From positions 332,187 to 396,186 of the forward strand of contig NMRA01000014.1 in the NCBI GenBank assembly GCA_002633005.1: 64,000 nucleotides of DNA, read 5' to 3'. Below the pieces are notes generated by a model, which worked only from the letters and a program-made list of their open reading frames with translations, made no database searches and was not told where the DNA came from. The stretch is from Phoronis australis (lineage: Eukaryota > Animalia > Phoronida). The translations under genes and the position numbers were made by a program. How positions within the stretch are numbered: position 1 is the stretch's first letter; each line of letters begins with the position of its first letter. Below, piece after piece: positions 13,242 to 25,682 of the stretch.

Positions 13242-13622
13242 TCAACATAAATCACACAGTATACCGTGCTCACTCAAGTACTGAAGGTCCTCTTCATTCA
13301 AGTTTTCATCTGGGAAGGCTGGATGAAAACAGAGGAAATGACAGTATCGATGACAGTTGTAACACCTTAAATAGATATTGCCGTTCACCAACTTTGTCAC
13401 GAACCCTGCATCGTTCAGTTCTTGTTCATGTATCCACAAATAATCCTGAACTGTAGGGAAAAAATGAGAGATAACACAACGAATCAAATTTCGAAAATCA
13501 TCGCCTTCGTACGATTGCGTGTTGCTGTCACCAGACTGATGTTCTTCTCTAACGTCCATGTAGAAAATCGACGTTGCAAGTGATGGAAACTTGTCTACGC
13601 TCTCGTCCTTTGTTTCTGACAT
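13242..13622 (-). CDS. Intronless 126-aa ORF with C-terminal PHD-like Zn-binding motif (function unknown)
   Basis: ATG-to-stop ORF with CYNCHRYCHFLC...CDLC (Cx2Cx4Hx2C...Cx2C); TA-rich box about 90 bp upstream. Confidence 0.4.
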   Translation of the reverse strand: MSETKDESVDKFPSLATSIFYMDVREEHQSGDSNTQSYEGDDFRNLIRCVISHFFPTVQDYLWIHEQELNDAGFVTKLVNGNIYLRCYNCHRYCHFLCFHPAFPDENLNEEDLQYLSEHGILCDLC

Positions 13623-13917
13623 TTAACCCATTTTTAATAAAGGGGTGTACTGTTTTTGTCTCATGTTGATAGTGCATAGCTTTTGGTTTTAAATGTATTA
13701 ATCGTGTTAAATGCATATATATATATATGAACTCGCCTCATTGAGATGCACAGCAGTTAAATTTACTATAACACATTAAAGTTTTGAAAATATAAAGAGC
13801 AGTAACAGACTCTCTAAAAACCAGGCTTGTTTTCAAAAGGTTTGCGCCATTGGTGATCTGATTGTTTCAATCGCTTGCGGCGAGAAAATGACCCAGTTAT
13901 TGTGCGCTTGTGCACTG

Positions 13918-14412
13918 TAGCAATGCTTTGTACATGTATCTTATTTTTATTTGTCTAATCTGTTGATACAGTAAATTTCCTTATTTATGCCCATTCTGTA
14001 ACCGCGACTTCAGCTTTCTGGGTTCTACCATATTGGGGCTGTCATAGGGCCTCACGTGCATGGGCGCATCCAGCCTTCACAATGAGGGGCTCGAATTCCT
14101 GACGTTATTGAACTTTTGCTAACAAAAGAGCGGGCAGACCTTTGGGTGCGCGCATGACGTGGTGCTTACTCGAATGAGTTTCATTTTAGCGGCTATTTCC
14201 AATTGTGTAGGTGAAGTAAATTAACAAAGTGGATGATTATCATCACCGGTATTCTACCATTAGTATTTTTCTCGGTTTCTCAAGTTTTCCGAGGCTAGTG
14301 ATTGTCACATCTGTAAGGCAGACGTGTTCCAGTGAACTTCCATGTTTGTGGCGTTATTATACTTGACCAAACTTTAAAAAAGAAGCCCGCGTTTAAACCA
14401 GGAACTGCATTG
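13918..14412 (+). repeat. Dispersed copy of the foldback spacer sequence
   Basis: Aligns by eye to about 7400-7760 (ctttgtatcttatt...aatctgttgatacag...ttatttatgccca...ggagctgcat). Confidence 0.7.
14059..14156 (+). mobile_element. hAT5-like MITE, copy B
   Basis: TIRs CATGGGCGCATCCA / TGGGTGCGCGCATG; TSD ACGTG on both sides; empty site with a single ACATG in the paralogous sequence near 7530. Confidence 0.8.
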
Positions 14413-14434
14413 GGTGCAATTTGTGTAGACGTTT

Positions 14435-14587
14435 CATGCGCGCACCCAGCCTCTAATATGGGGGGCTCGAATCTCTGGCAAAATAGACCTTTCGCTAACA
14501 AAAAAGCGTGAGAACTAAAATAAAAAATGGGGTACTGTGGTGGACTTTCATCTCTTTCTCTAGGACTTTTCCTTGGGTGCGCGCATG
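14435..14587 (+). mobile_element. hAT5-like MITE, copy C
   Basis: Perfect 14-bp TIRs CATGCGCGCACCCA / TGGGTGCGCGCATG; TSD CGTTT (14430-14434, 14588-14592). Confidence 0.8.
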
Positions 14588-14608
14588 CGTTTGTCTACGT
14601 TGCTAAAC

Positions 14609-14830
14609 CACGGAGTATTAGTGGTTAAGGTGCTGGACTCGAATTATCTGTAGTTTCAGAAGTCATGGGTTCAAATCCTGCCTCGCACAAAAAAATCACA
14701 CCATGAGTTTACCACGTATCCGTGCTCGTTCTTCTAAGAACGCGGGAACACCTGACGATGGCCGGAGAAGAGACCGACCAAAACGTCGCGACATTGTATA
14801 TAGACCAAGAGATTTTAATAATAGTTGTAA
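14609..14830 (+). mobile_element. tRNA-derived SINE head followed by a degenerate hammerhead-like motif
   Basis: A-box-like TAGTGGTTAAGG, B-box GGTTCAAATCC (14668-14678); CTGACGA-T-GGCCGG...CCGACC-AAAACGTC at 14752-14787. Confidence 0.4.
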
Positions 14831-17649
14831 GGTTGAAGTAGCCGGTAACACTTGCAGTAGTCGTTAAAGATGGAAACATTCACATTTGAAACAGTTTTAG
14901 TGGAATAGGCACAAGATTTTTGAGACCTTTTGACAGTATATAGTTTCCATGTTTTCAGGGTTTGTACCCCACTAATGATAATAGTTTTTTTCTGAAGACT
15001 TTAACTTCAATGAGCCGGTTGCGTGTGATATATCCAGTGATATTTGAGTGTAATGCAAATTATCAGTTTGACAGAATTAGATCCAGACACAGACGGACAT
15101 TTCTTCAGATCGTCCTCTGCGACATCACAGAACAAAAGAAGTATTTTTATTGTGAAAGATATCTAAAATTTTGCTTAAGGTTATGTAGGGCCATAGAAAA
15201 ATTTCAAAATTTGGTTATAATGCGTGATTTTCTCATACGAAACTTCCAAATACTTTGCTTCATGCATCATTCATTAAATGGCTCTTAGGAATTGTTTTTA
15301 TTTGTTTTACATGTATCATATTTTGCATAATAGGATATCGACAACATGAATATGGTGATTTTCATTAAACATCTTAAAGTGCATGAACAAAAACGAAATA
15401 ATGGGATCCAATAAATGGCAGATCGTTGAAAAGTACAAAATCAAATTGTACAAGTTTTCTACTTTCAGAAAATAAATACTTTTACTAAGTTAAAAATTTT
15501 GTAGATATTTGGCTACTTGTGTGGGCTTGTCAGCGAGATATTAATAGCCTTAAAAGTTCCAATTTACACCAGAAAAAATACAAGGAAGTGTCTCTTAACT
15601 TTGATGTTTATTATAATAGAACATATTCCAAAAATATGGTTGAGAAATTTCATATGCACGATAACCCTGTTTACTAAGCGAAGTACACGGGAGTTCTCAT
15701 TGGGATTGCGCTGACGTCAAAAACTAGTTTCAACAAGAATGAACAGTGACCTAGAGATAAAGACAGTATGCAATACCGTTCTTCTTCCAATTAAAGCCCA
15801 TGGAACACAGGGCAGTAAATTTCAAGGAATTAGCGAGATATTGTTAGAATTAGCAGAGAAGTATAGTTTAATTTTGGTTACCACGACAACAAAAACAGAT
15901 TACATATCGTCGGCTCTTACACCATACGGTGATGAATTCTCCAAGTTCTCTTTCCCGCTGCCAGCCCCCAATCCTCTAAATGCAAGATGGAACAAAGAAC
16001 TAACAGAGATTATTTCAAAGACTGCAAATCCACGGAGTGTATTTAACCAGAAGGGTTGATTTTCAAGCACATAGACTAAGATCACAGTACCAGTGGATGA
16101 TTTTGACCTTATCACTGGCCCAGGTCGATCAAAGCCCTTGTTTGCACAGCTGTCTCAGAAACCTGGAAAAAGCATAACTGACATAAAGAACACTGCATGG
16201 GTTTTTTCAAAAATGAAGAAATTCAACAAAGCCATGCCTTTTTTACCTTGCTACATCACCGTGAAAAAATCGAGATGACAAATATGACCAAAAAGTGCGA
16301 TTTTAGCCAAATTTTACCGAAAATCACAAATTCACAAATGTCCCGGTGATAAAAAACATCATGCGAATGCTCTTTCACTCAAAATTGAAGAACTTTGGTA
16401 TAAAATATGTCATTAAGAAACAGATTATTGACAACTGCCACTTACTTGAAGGGTACCAGGATTCGCACCAAGAATTCAAGACCTTGCAAGGCTGTGCTTT
16501 CAAAATGGCTGCACTTCCGCATCCTAGTAGACAAGAGCACTTGCAAAATTTATGAACTAGTTTACTCAAAAACAACTCTAAAGAACTACTGACTACCATT
16601 TGTGGCAATCACTTCCAATTTAGTCCACAAAACTGCCGCCAAACCCGACCCACCCCATTTTATTTGGGAGTTACAAGGGCCTGTATCGTGCAGGACTTAG
16701 ACCCATGTTCGTGGGAGAATCTTTTTCAGCATAAGCATATATTTCGTAAAGTGTGGTAACTTCGGAGTGAAGGACTTTGGACGCTGGTTTACCCGAGTTA
16801 CGGTCTAATATGTTCAAAACAATCACCCAGTTCAGCCGACAGAGAAAGGAGCATATACGTAAGTGTATTTGCTGGAATTACATGAGAAAAAGTTTTAGGC
16901 AGACCGATTATGACTGATGTACAAAATGTCAGGTAATACCAGACCTGTGCATGAATGTACTTATCGTCGTCTTCGTCGAGATTGCCTTATTAAGGGTGTT
17001 GCTTGTGCTGCTCTGATTTTAGGACCTGACGGGCGACTTGTAAGAACGGTCTGCACAAAAGTACGTTAGTCATTGAATTCATGTGATTTTACATACATGT
17101 AAACATCAGTGAACGCCTGATTCTAAAGCAAACACTCTGCTCGTGTACGCAGGCATACAGAGGCGATGGTACACACCGAGGACCTAAAGTCGTGAACGTA
17201 ATCATTTAGCCGGTTTATTGACGTACCCACCGATCTTTTTCAGTAACTAATTGTGTGGTGTAGTAAACATGATTAAATCCTCACAAATGCTCAACTGTAC
17301 TCACAGTTAAAACACGTTTTCAATCCATAGACAGTTTTTGCAAGACTTATGAAAACGCCGGTCATTTTCTTTGAGGCCCTAAACAAGGATTGCAGAATAT
17401 GTACACTTCTTGCCCTAAAGCCGTGACCATGCGACCCTCTTTCTTGTAGACGGGAAAACATAATAAGGCCAACCAAAATTGTGATTTTTAAATTTTAGTT
17501 AAGAAAAAAGATCATTTGTAGTTGTTAATAATCAAGTTTTAATTAGACCAGTTAACATGAAATAACCAGCATAGTTCATTCAACCATTTCGTGGTTTCTG
17601 AACCTGACTGTTGTTGCTGTTATTCTCTCCACATGCCTTGATAGTCACC

Positions 17650-18060
17650 TTTGACATTTTATCACCTGTTTCTTTGTTATCTCTTGCGCCTTTTTGCGAC
17701 CTGTGCCTTCGTTCTTTTCTTTTACTTTTCCAGCGTTTCTGCATTCTCTGTCAGCACATTACAAGACAAACTTGCAGAACGGCTTGAACGTACTTGGTCA
17801 CTTGGCAATGGCCTCTTTGCTTCTGTGCACCTTTCCAACCGTTTATTGAACAAAATCAGTTTCTACCTCATTTCCACCAGAAGTCAACAAGAACGCTGTG
17901 GAAGGAGTTATCTTTTCAGGGGGGTAATGGTGTTGTCAAACGGGTATATTCCGGACTTTTGGAAAGCCGATCGAAGATTTCCAGGCGACAGCGCTTTGCT
18001 TGCCATGAAACAAAGTATCGGTTTTGATAACAAGCTCTCAACACAGTATTTTGTTTCGCA
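17650..18060 (-). pseudogene. pogo-family (Tc1/mariner superfamily) transposase C-terminal relic
   Basis: Minus frame MASKALSPGNLRSAFQKSGIYPFDN matches the KALSxxNxxSAFxKxGIYPF segment after the DDE_1 domain; frameshifted. Confidence 0.6.
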
Positions 18061-20449
18061 TCATGGACAGCTACGTGTCCAGGTACTCTTTTAAAAATCG
18101 TAAGCCGAAGAACGCTGGAAACTTCAACGTTAGATGTCGCGCGACCTCACAGAAGCGGAAACGAGATGATTCACGACTTTAGGGGATTGCCGACTTCTGG
18201 GCCTAGGTTGGTACATTTTCATAAAAAGTTAATCATTTCAAAATGCATCAAATAAAGTCGAATGAAACACGCATGTATGCAAACGGAGTTATAATTAACA
18301 CCACGTGACTCTGGATACAATTTAGTCATTGTAACTTACATTAACATACCATGAAAATATCGCGGTTTGCTCAAGTTTCTCTCACCGGGTGCCATTGTGA
18401 AGAAGTTACGTGAAATCACGCCTGTTGACAAACAAAAATCCAAGTAACACAAATCTTACAAATTTCACCTAAAATCTTCCCATGCTATTTTGCAAGTGTA
18501 ACGCGCAAGGTCGCGCGCTTCGCTCAGTCTCACGCGCTAGCCTTTCCCACCATCACGTGACTCAGTTGAAATACTCTGTGGGTATCGCTCGCTCGGTGAA
18601 AAGTGGACTTGGAATTCTTCGCCAAAGTCAAAAACAAGTCGTAGCTATGCTTCATCGAAGATAAGTGTAGAAGCATAATGGATCACTGAAGAAAGTAAGT
18701 ACTTTTTAAGTGATAGTTTTAAAGTCCTGGTATCACACGTTGTTAACCCTTATTACATGGTTAGAGGATGTTATAAGGATCCAAGAAGTACTTACCCCAT
18801 AACTAATACACGATCCGTGCTCGAAAAAAGTTAAAATGAACGCACCACTCACGATTCGCACCCGAAGAACCACAGCCATTTTGAACTTACCGCGAACCCG
18901 GAAGTACAATTCATTCAGGAACCCAGGCTAAGAAAAAGCCGTCAGTTTAAATGGACGAGTGCCTGTTACCAGCCTGCAAATGGGGATAAAATAATCTAGA
19001 GCGCGTCTTCATTTTAATAAAATTAAAATACCGACGATTTTATCGAATTTGTTGAAGAATGTGGCGAATAAATTTTGACAGAAATTATTTTGCCGGACTC
19101 GGGACCGCAGCCTATAGGACCTGGTGCGGATCGAGACCAGACACTGGCGAACGGTAATGGCATGCGGTTGCAAGCTGTTTTGTCGAATTTCAAATCATAA
19201 ATTCCGTATACATCCAAAGGTAGTTTCAGACACTTGCATAAAATTACGGGCTGGTCATACTGCCGCGGCAGCCCTTAGCTAGCCTCAGTGCCAGCTACCA
19301 GTACTACAGCTTGTTAGTAGGTCTATACAGCTTTGCGTCAGGGCTACCCTTAGGCCTACCTGGTCTCTGGACACAGCGCTCGCTCAAACGAGGTTTATTT
19401 AGAGCTCGGGTTCTTCTGGCGAACTGTGCAAAGTTGTTGGCTTTCAACAGAGATTTTCCCAGACCTTGTATGAGAGCACCAAGCCTAAAAAATGGGGGCT
19501 GGAATTTTGGGAATGCCTATCTTTTACTATAAGATTCACTAGGTATATTCAGAGCTATGAATTGCAGACGCTAAATTTTGATACGTTCTGTCCTCTAGTG
19601 GAATATTGTCTCGATTGTTTCAATTTTTGCTGAGTAGAATGCACTACCTTTCCGACGATAACAAAGTACTTATTAAAAACGAGAATAAAAATCAAAACGA
19701 AAAAAGTTGGTTCGACCCTTATTGGTTCCTAGGTTCGACCGCCCTATGTAAGGAACTAAACACTAATGCTATTTTAACATAATAAGTACGCGTAACATTC
19801 CAAAAAATCCATCGAGAACAAACTACAAACTACAAATACACTACATGTGCAAACGAGATATAGCTAATGAAACAAAATAATGAAGACTTTTCGAACAAGT
19901 GATAGTACATTCAGTTACAAGGAAAAATGGCGGTGTTCAGGACAAGTTTGGTAGTAATCATATCGAACAGAAAATCACCGGAAGTCGACCCCTTGTCGAT
20001 CGACATCCCTCATTACAGTAAAATGGGGTGAAGTTGGTAGAAAAACTGGATTCTACTTAATGTGGTCGTGCTTCGGCCATGAGGCACTTGGCGAAAACAA
20101 ATGCCGTGTGTAGCAGAGGGCGTTAGTTGTTCCTTTTGTCGACTGCTACACATGCTTGGCTCCGACATTTTTCACGTGAATACCATCATTTCATTTCAAA
20201 TCCATTAAAACGCATTACTTTCATGTCGTAAGCATAATTCCGAATAGAGTGAGCAAGGCTGTTTCTGTGCGCCAGTTGCAGTAGCCATCACTGATCACAT
20301 CACCAGCATGACGATTGTTCTAAATTTTCGAAGTCGAGGTGAAATTGGCATAACAGAGCTGCCAACTTTGCCCGACGCCACGCCAAATTTAACCCCCCCC
20401 CCCAATATGTGCTCTGTGCCCAAATAAAGCTATTTTAACCACTTTCAGC

Positions 20450-20880
20450 ATGCCTCAGACATATATAAAATTAACGACTTTTTCAAGTACTACCCGGAAT
20501 ATCTAAGAAATGTAATTATCTGCAGTTGAAGGTGGAGCACGTCAAGCTGAGGCAGCGAAAATGTTTAAGGTCCCGAGGGGGGGCCTACAAAATCGCCTAA
20601 AGGGAGACCACATGGAATGTCACAGGGGGCCAGAAGGTGTTGTCGGACACTGAAGAAAATTCAATCGCAGTGATGGCTGATTGGGGTTTCCCCGTGGACA
20701 ATTTGGATTTACGCTTGATGGTGAACGCCTTTCTAGAAAAAAAATGGTCACAAAGTGGAACGGTTCAAACAAAACTTCCGTGGGAATGAATGCGTTCGCA
20801 GTTTCCAGAAAAAAATATGCAAACCGTTGCAAGCAGAACATGTCAAAACATTAATCGTGCCAAAGCAAAAGTTTGTCTCG
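20450..20880 (+). pseudogene. pogo-family transposase N-terminal relic (HTH_psq + CENP-B-type HTH)
   Basis: Frameshifted pieces AAKMFKVPRGGLQNRLKG, VLSDTEENSIAVMADWGFPVDNLDLRLMVNAFLEK and RTCQNINRAKAKV; TA|CAGTAAAATGGGGT end-like motif at 20014-20029. Confidence 0.7.
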
Positions 20881-21783
20881 AAACACATAGCATAAATGAA
20901 TTATTACAGAAACAATTGAAAACAGTATTAATTTATGCAAACACAAACGCACACACACACAGCCACGAAAATACAGGTAGTTTTTTTTTAGTTAAGTAAA
21001 CACGCCTCTTAGTAGGGCCTAAATTGTCAATTGCAGATCAAACACTCTGAAACAAAAAATAACTTCTTTCCGAAAAATACTGTAACACGATTTTAATACC
21101 CAAAAATCTCTTGTGAAATTTTTCTACCATTTAATTTGATAGGTTGTCGAAAGTGGGTTATACTGTAGCTGAAAATATGTCAGAGGAGAGACTATTCCCT
21201 GTATTCAGCCAGGGCCATGGGTCAGTGAGTATAAAGAATGAATAATGTAAATGTATGGCTTGGTTGTTAACTTTGTCTGGAAATCGCTCAAGAATCTTGG
21301 GTTTGATACTTACAACACTCGATCAAAACGGAAATTCACAGTGCACACTCTCGCGACTAGTCTCGGTTTTGCAAGCTCTAATAATAGAATACATTGGTCA
21401 CATGGTGGAGTTGGCATTCCGGGGCTAGAGTTCTATGTCAAAATACCAGTTGGTTAGGCCGCACGCTATTTTCTTCGCAGAAGTGTACTTACGGAAAATA
21501 AAATCAGTAGAGTCTCAATTCCAAGCTTTTATCGAGCAAGACTATGCGCGACGTCTTGTTAGGATGATTTCCATATAGATGCTTGCATAGGTCGACTTTT
21601 TCACTTGCTAAAGTTCATGTCCCGACTTTCATCGCGTCTACTTTGTAGTCAACCCCAGCACAGCTGCACTTTCCACCTATGCAAGCAAACTCATCCTCGT
21701 CTACGTCTACTTCTGCCTCTTTGAAACCATTTTACAATGCATATGTAATTAGAACAAAGATGAACGACGGAGACGAAAGCAAT

Positions 21784-23312
21784 AACAAGGGCAACGGGGA
21801 GCGCTGAAATGCGCTCACGAATGCATCGCTAACGGGGGTGCATATTTGTATCATAAAAATTGCCCCTAGATGGCAAAATACATCAAATCCAACCGAAAAT
21901 GGGAACATGCTATCGCTTCTTTAACAGAAAGCAATTTACCGAATTTCATAGAAATCTGTCAAGGAACTTTAGAGAGGCAAAGGAAAAAAGAAAAAAAAAA
22001 CTGCTGCTAAGGTGCACAACGTTCGCCAGATTCGTCCTCGTCCGTTGTCAACTTCATATAAATACACTTGCTAAATTTAATAAAGATCCTGCCGTAGGTT
22101 TAGGAGATAGAGCTGTGAGCGCAAAAAATGCCACTAGGAGGCGCCACAGCAGTCTCAGTCGTCGGAAAATCATCGCCAACCATCCTTTTCACACTAAGAA
22201 CATATATGCCAATTTTCCCCACCATCCTCAGAATGGTTTGGTTAATAGATGAGCGGACTCCAAAACAGTAAAAATGGCCATTAGGTGGGCAAAATACATC
22301 GATTCCATCCGAACACTGGAGGACAGTGTCATCTCACCAATAGTTGCCTATATTCCAAATTTTATGAAAATTCGTTAAAAAACAATTGTAGGTGGTATGA
22401 TACACGTTGTACCAGACGTGCGCAGGCCTTGCATGTGGGCCCATTGCATTGATCACCAAGAACTATTTTTATGCTTTATTAATATATGCTTAAAACCGAG
22501 CTGAGGAGCTAGAAACCTGGCTCAAAGGTTTAGCAGTGTGACCTGGTGGGACTCGAACCCACGACCTCGAGTAAAGAAAACCGGCACTTATCAACCAGGC
22601 CACACTGCCTCCTCCTGAAAATCCGTTTTTTTGGGGGGGAGGTATAAAACTAAAATTCCCATTAGGGAGCACACCGGTAGTCAGATCCATCCAAAATTCG
22701 TCGTCGTTCATTGTCAAATTTAGTAACGATCCTGCATAGTGTTAAGGAGATACAGCTATGGGCGCAAAAAACAAAACTGCCACTAGGAGGTGCAATAGTA
22801 GTCGAAGTCGGGTCGGTCCATAACTCGTCGACTTCTGTCGTCAATCCTACAGGAACACACCTGCCAAATTCCAATAAGATGATGTGTAGTGTTTTTAAGG
22901 AGATACAGCCATGGGTGCAAAAATGCCACAAGGAGGCGCCACACTATTCGAAGTCTTCGTAAAATCGTCGTCGTCCGTCCTCTTCATAGTAAGAACGTAC
23001 ATGCCAATTTTCACAGTCATTCTTAGTGTAGTTTGGTTGATAGAGGGGCGGGCGCCGAAAACAGACTCGAAAACAGTAAAAGTGGCCTCTAGCTAGCGCA
23101 AAAGACATTGAATCAATTCGAAAATGGGAGGAGAACGTCATCTCATTAATAGATGCTTTTGTGCCAAATTTCATGAAAATCAGTTGAGGACCTTTGGAGA
23201 TACAGACGCAAACGTAAGAATTAAAATTGCCAATAGGGGGCACAGCGGTATTCGGGTCAGTCCGAAACTCGTCACCCTCTGTTGTCACATGCGTAGGTGG
23301 GCGCATAAAAAT
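21784..23312 (-). mobile_element. Helentron-associated (HINE/pearl-like) element with internal tandem units
   Basis: Ends AACAAG...GCATAAAAAT; subterminal inverted repeat ATGCGCTCAC (21809-21818) / GTGGGCGCAT (23297-23306); repeated aaa.tgccactaggagg.gc units; interrupted at about 22390-22620. Confidence 0.7.
22536..22612 (-). mobile_element. tRNA-derived SINE head / tRNA pseudogene
   Basis: Minus strand GGAGGCAGTGTGGCCTGGTTGATAAG...GGTTCGAGTCCCACC has A and B boxes but no good cloverleaf. Confidence 0.6.
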
Positions 23313-25365
23313 AAATAACTCTCCAAATGTCCTCGCAAATTTCAGCCATGTGATGTTGCGCAAAAATACCTTACAATAAGCAGATGTGAGGTAGCGCTAT
23401 ACATGTACGTATTTCGCGAATCGTCTACACACATCTAAATTGCACTTTCCCAGGGCAATTTCATAACAAACTTTGTTTTGTTTGATCATTTCAAAACATT
23501 TCTTAAAAGCTGGAAGAGGCACCAATGCTGCAATGAACCCGTTCATTTTGGAAGCATTTTTCGATTTAAAATTGGCCTCAAATTGCTCCTTACTGAAGAA
23601 TAATTTCCGGGCTATGGAAGAGCTGGCAGTTTGGTAGTGCTTGGGACAATGTTTGTCACTCAAAATGACACGTAGTTACCAGCCAACTAGTATCGAGCTT
23701 GATTTCAAGCAGTAATGAACTGGTAGTCTTTCCGTGCAGTCTTTTAATTTAATTCCGAACGTTAAGGCTGGTTCAAATAACAATACATTAAATGTGTTCA
23801 TCATTTACAAAAACTCTCAAACCAGTTTTACAACTTGTAGCTGACATGGAGACATGTACTGCTATACTTTTTATCTCTGTTAGTTGGATAACAATTGAGC
23901 TTCCCAGACATCAACGTATCTGTATTATAGACCAATCTACAATGTACTTATTTTCTGCCTATTTTACGTGCTCTTCCTCATTTTACTTGTTATGTAACAT
24001 AAGTTCATACACTCAAATATCAAAACCTGAATAATTCGGGTCATCGATGAAACGTGTGACGGATTTGTAGAGTTTGATTAGGAACATTATAATACAAACA
24101 TTGCGGTTTCGGGAAGAATTCAATACCTCGAAATATTAATTGGAAGAAAACGATCTCATTGATACCCTTTTAGAAAATACCGTCTCAAACCAAGTCTCGT
24201 GCGAACGTTTCGAACGGTCAAGACTGCTCGCTTTTGTCGAGGAAAATGTGACACTATACATGTACATGCGCTCAAGTGCAAAATACTGAAGTAAACAGTT
24301 TTTTTAAAATTTATTATTTCGGGTATAGGCAACTGGGCTTAAACACGCTCACGCACGGTTTTAGATTTGTCTTTAAAATCAAACTTATCTGCTTCAATTC
24401 GCTCATCTTTGCTTTCCAAGTGTTTGTGGCAAAGCGTGGCAAATTATGCCTGACACCTCGGTCTCCAATTAAAATTTGCTAATTTTGACCCTGCCCATTG
24501 ATGAAGTACACGGGACTTGCCGCTTGGACATTTAATCTTCTACAAAATCGGGAGTTCAGAGAAATCTCGTGGAGCCCAATTTAGCACACATTTTTCAAAC
24601 CAACACTTTACCTTTGGTAGTTGTAATGACCAGTGAAGCAAAAGTTAGCCTTGTCTGCTTTTAATCACGAAATGGATCGATTGGCGTTCTGCGCCGAACA
24701 ACTCTTTTGACAACAATCCTCACAAGTCCTGATGGTTCTATGTTTAATCTACGAATCGACTGCAAATTACGACAAGGACACCTCTCTTCCAATGTTGATT
24801 CTCTACAAAAAGACTTAATCTGTCCCTTAGAAGCTACACAAATCTACAGAAGGTGTTTTTATATTATCTGTTTATAAAATTTTGGCTGCAAAGGTAATGA
24901 TTTGTAACAACATGGCAATGTTCATGTACTGTTCCAGGCTTATTGGATTATCATTCAGATGTCTAAGAAGGTTGATGGAATTGACCTTGAAAAGTGTGGT
25001 GTTTCAGCAACAGTACCGTACGAAAGGGGACTTTTCAAGAAAACTCTTTACAAATAGGTAACCGTAATCCGAGCGTGCTGAGTATATCAATTTTCCGGAT
25101 GTACTCTAGATAAAAAATGTAGTCGAGTCCCCCGGTGTTTGAATTTGTTAGGATCTACGAAGGTGTCTATGTTGCGGAGGCGCCGCTCGCGTTTCTAAAA
25201 GTCACATTTAGTAAGTGAGTCCTGAACGGTAGGAGAACATTTCAAGCGCACTTTCACCTGACAATTAACATTCTGGTATGATGAGATATTCATTATTTAA
25301 AAAGTTGCCAAACTTTATGTCCCACATTTTGTATTAGAAAAGGTTGATGAAATGACTTTGCATAA

Positions 25366-25682
25366 TTGTTTACCAATAGACGGCTCTGTAAACAACAGCA
25401 CAAGCCAATCACAGTTAGACAGGGCACTAGACTATTACAGCAGAAACAAGGCGGCTCTATTCTGGCTCATGATTGATCTGAAAAATGACGTCGTAACTTA
25501 GCAACGGAGACTGGTCCTTCCAACAAGGCACAGATTTACCCGTCATCACAGAAACTCTATTTTACTTTGAATTCCGTGTTGATGTCCGTTGGGTAACGGC
25601 AACACAATTAATCTCACTGTCCGCATATACTGCTCTGATGTGAAGCGACACCTACGCATATCGGGTAGTCAACTCACGTGAC
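25366..25682 (+). promoter_or_regulatory. Candidate promoter of the SLC16 gene
   Basis: Cluster of two CCAAT boxes (25373, 25405), forkhead-type TTGTTTAC/TGTAAACA, CRE-like TGACGTCG (25486) and E-box TCACGTGAC (25674), 1.6-1.9 kb upstream of an ATG that directly follows a splice acceptor. Confidence 0.3.

Noticed and set aside
15500-16600. Possible LINE ORF2 C-terminal relic
   Set aside because: Only a vague resemblance (ARWNKEL, SKLKNF); no diagnostic motif I can support.
17651-18094. 147-aa plus ORF as a gene
   Set aside because: Antisense to the pogo transposase relic, with a non-ATG start.
22536-22612. Functional tRNA gene
   Set aside because: Acceptor and anticodon stems do not pair well; called a SINE head instead.
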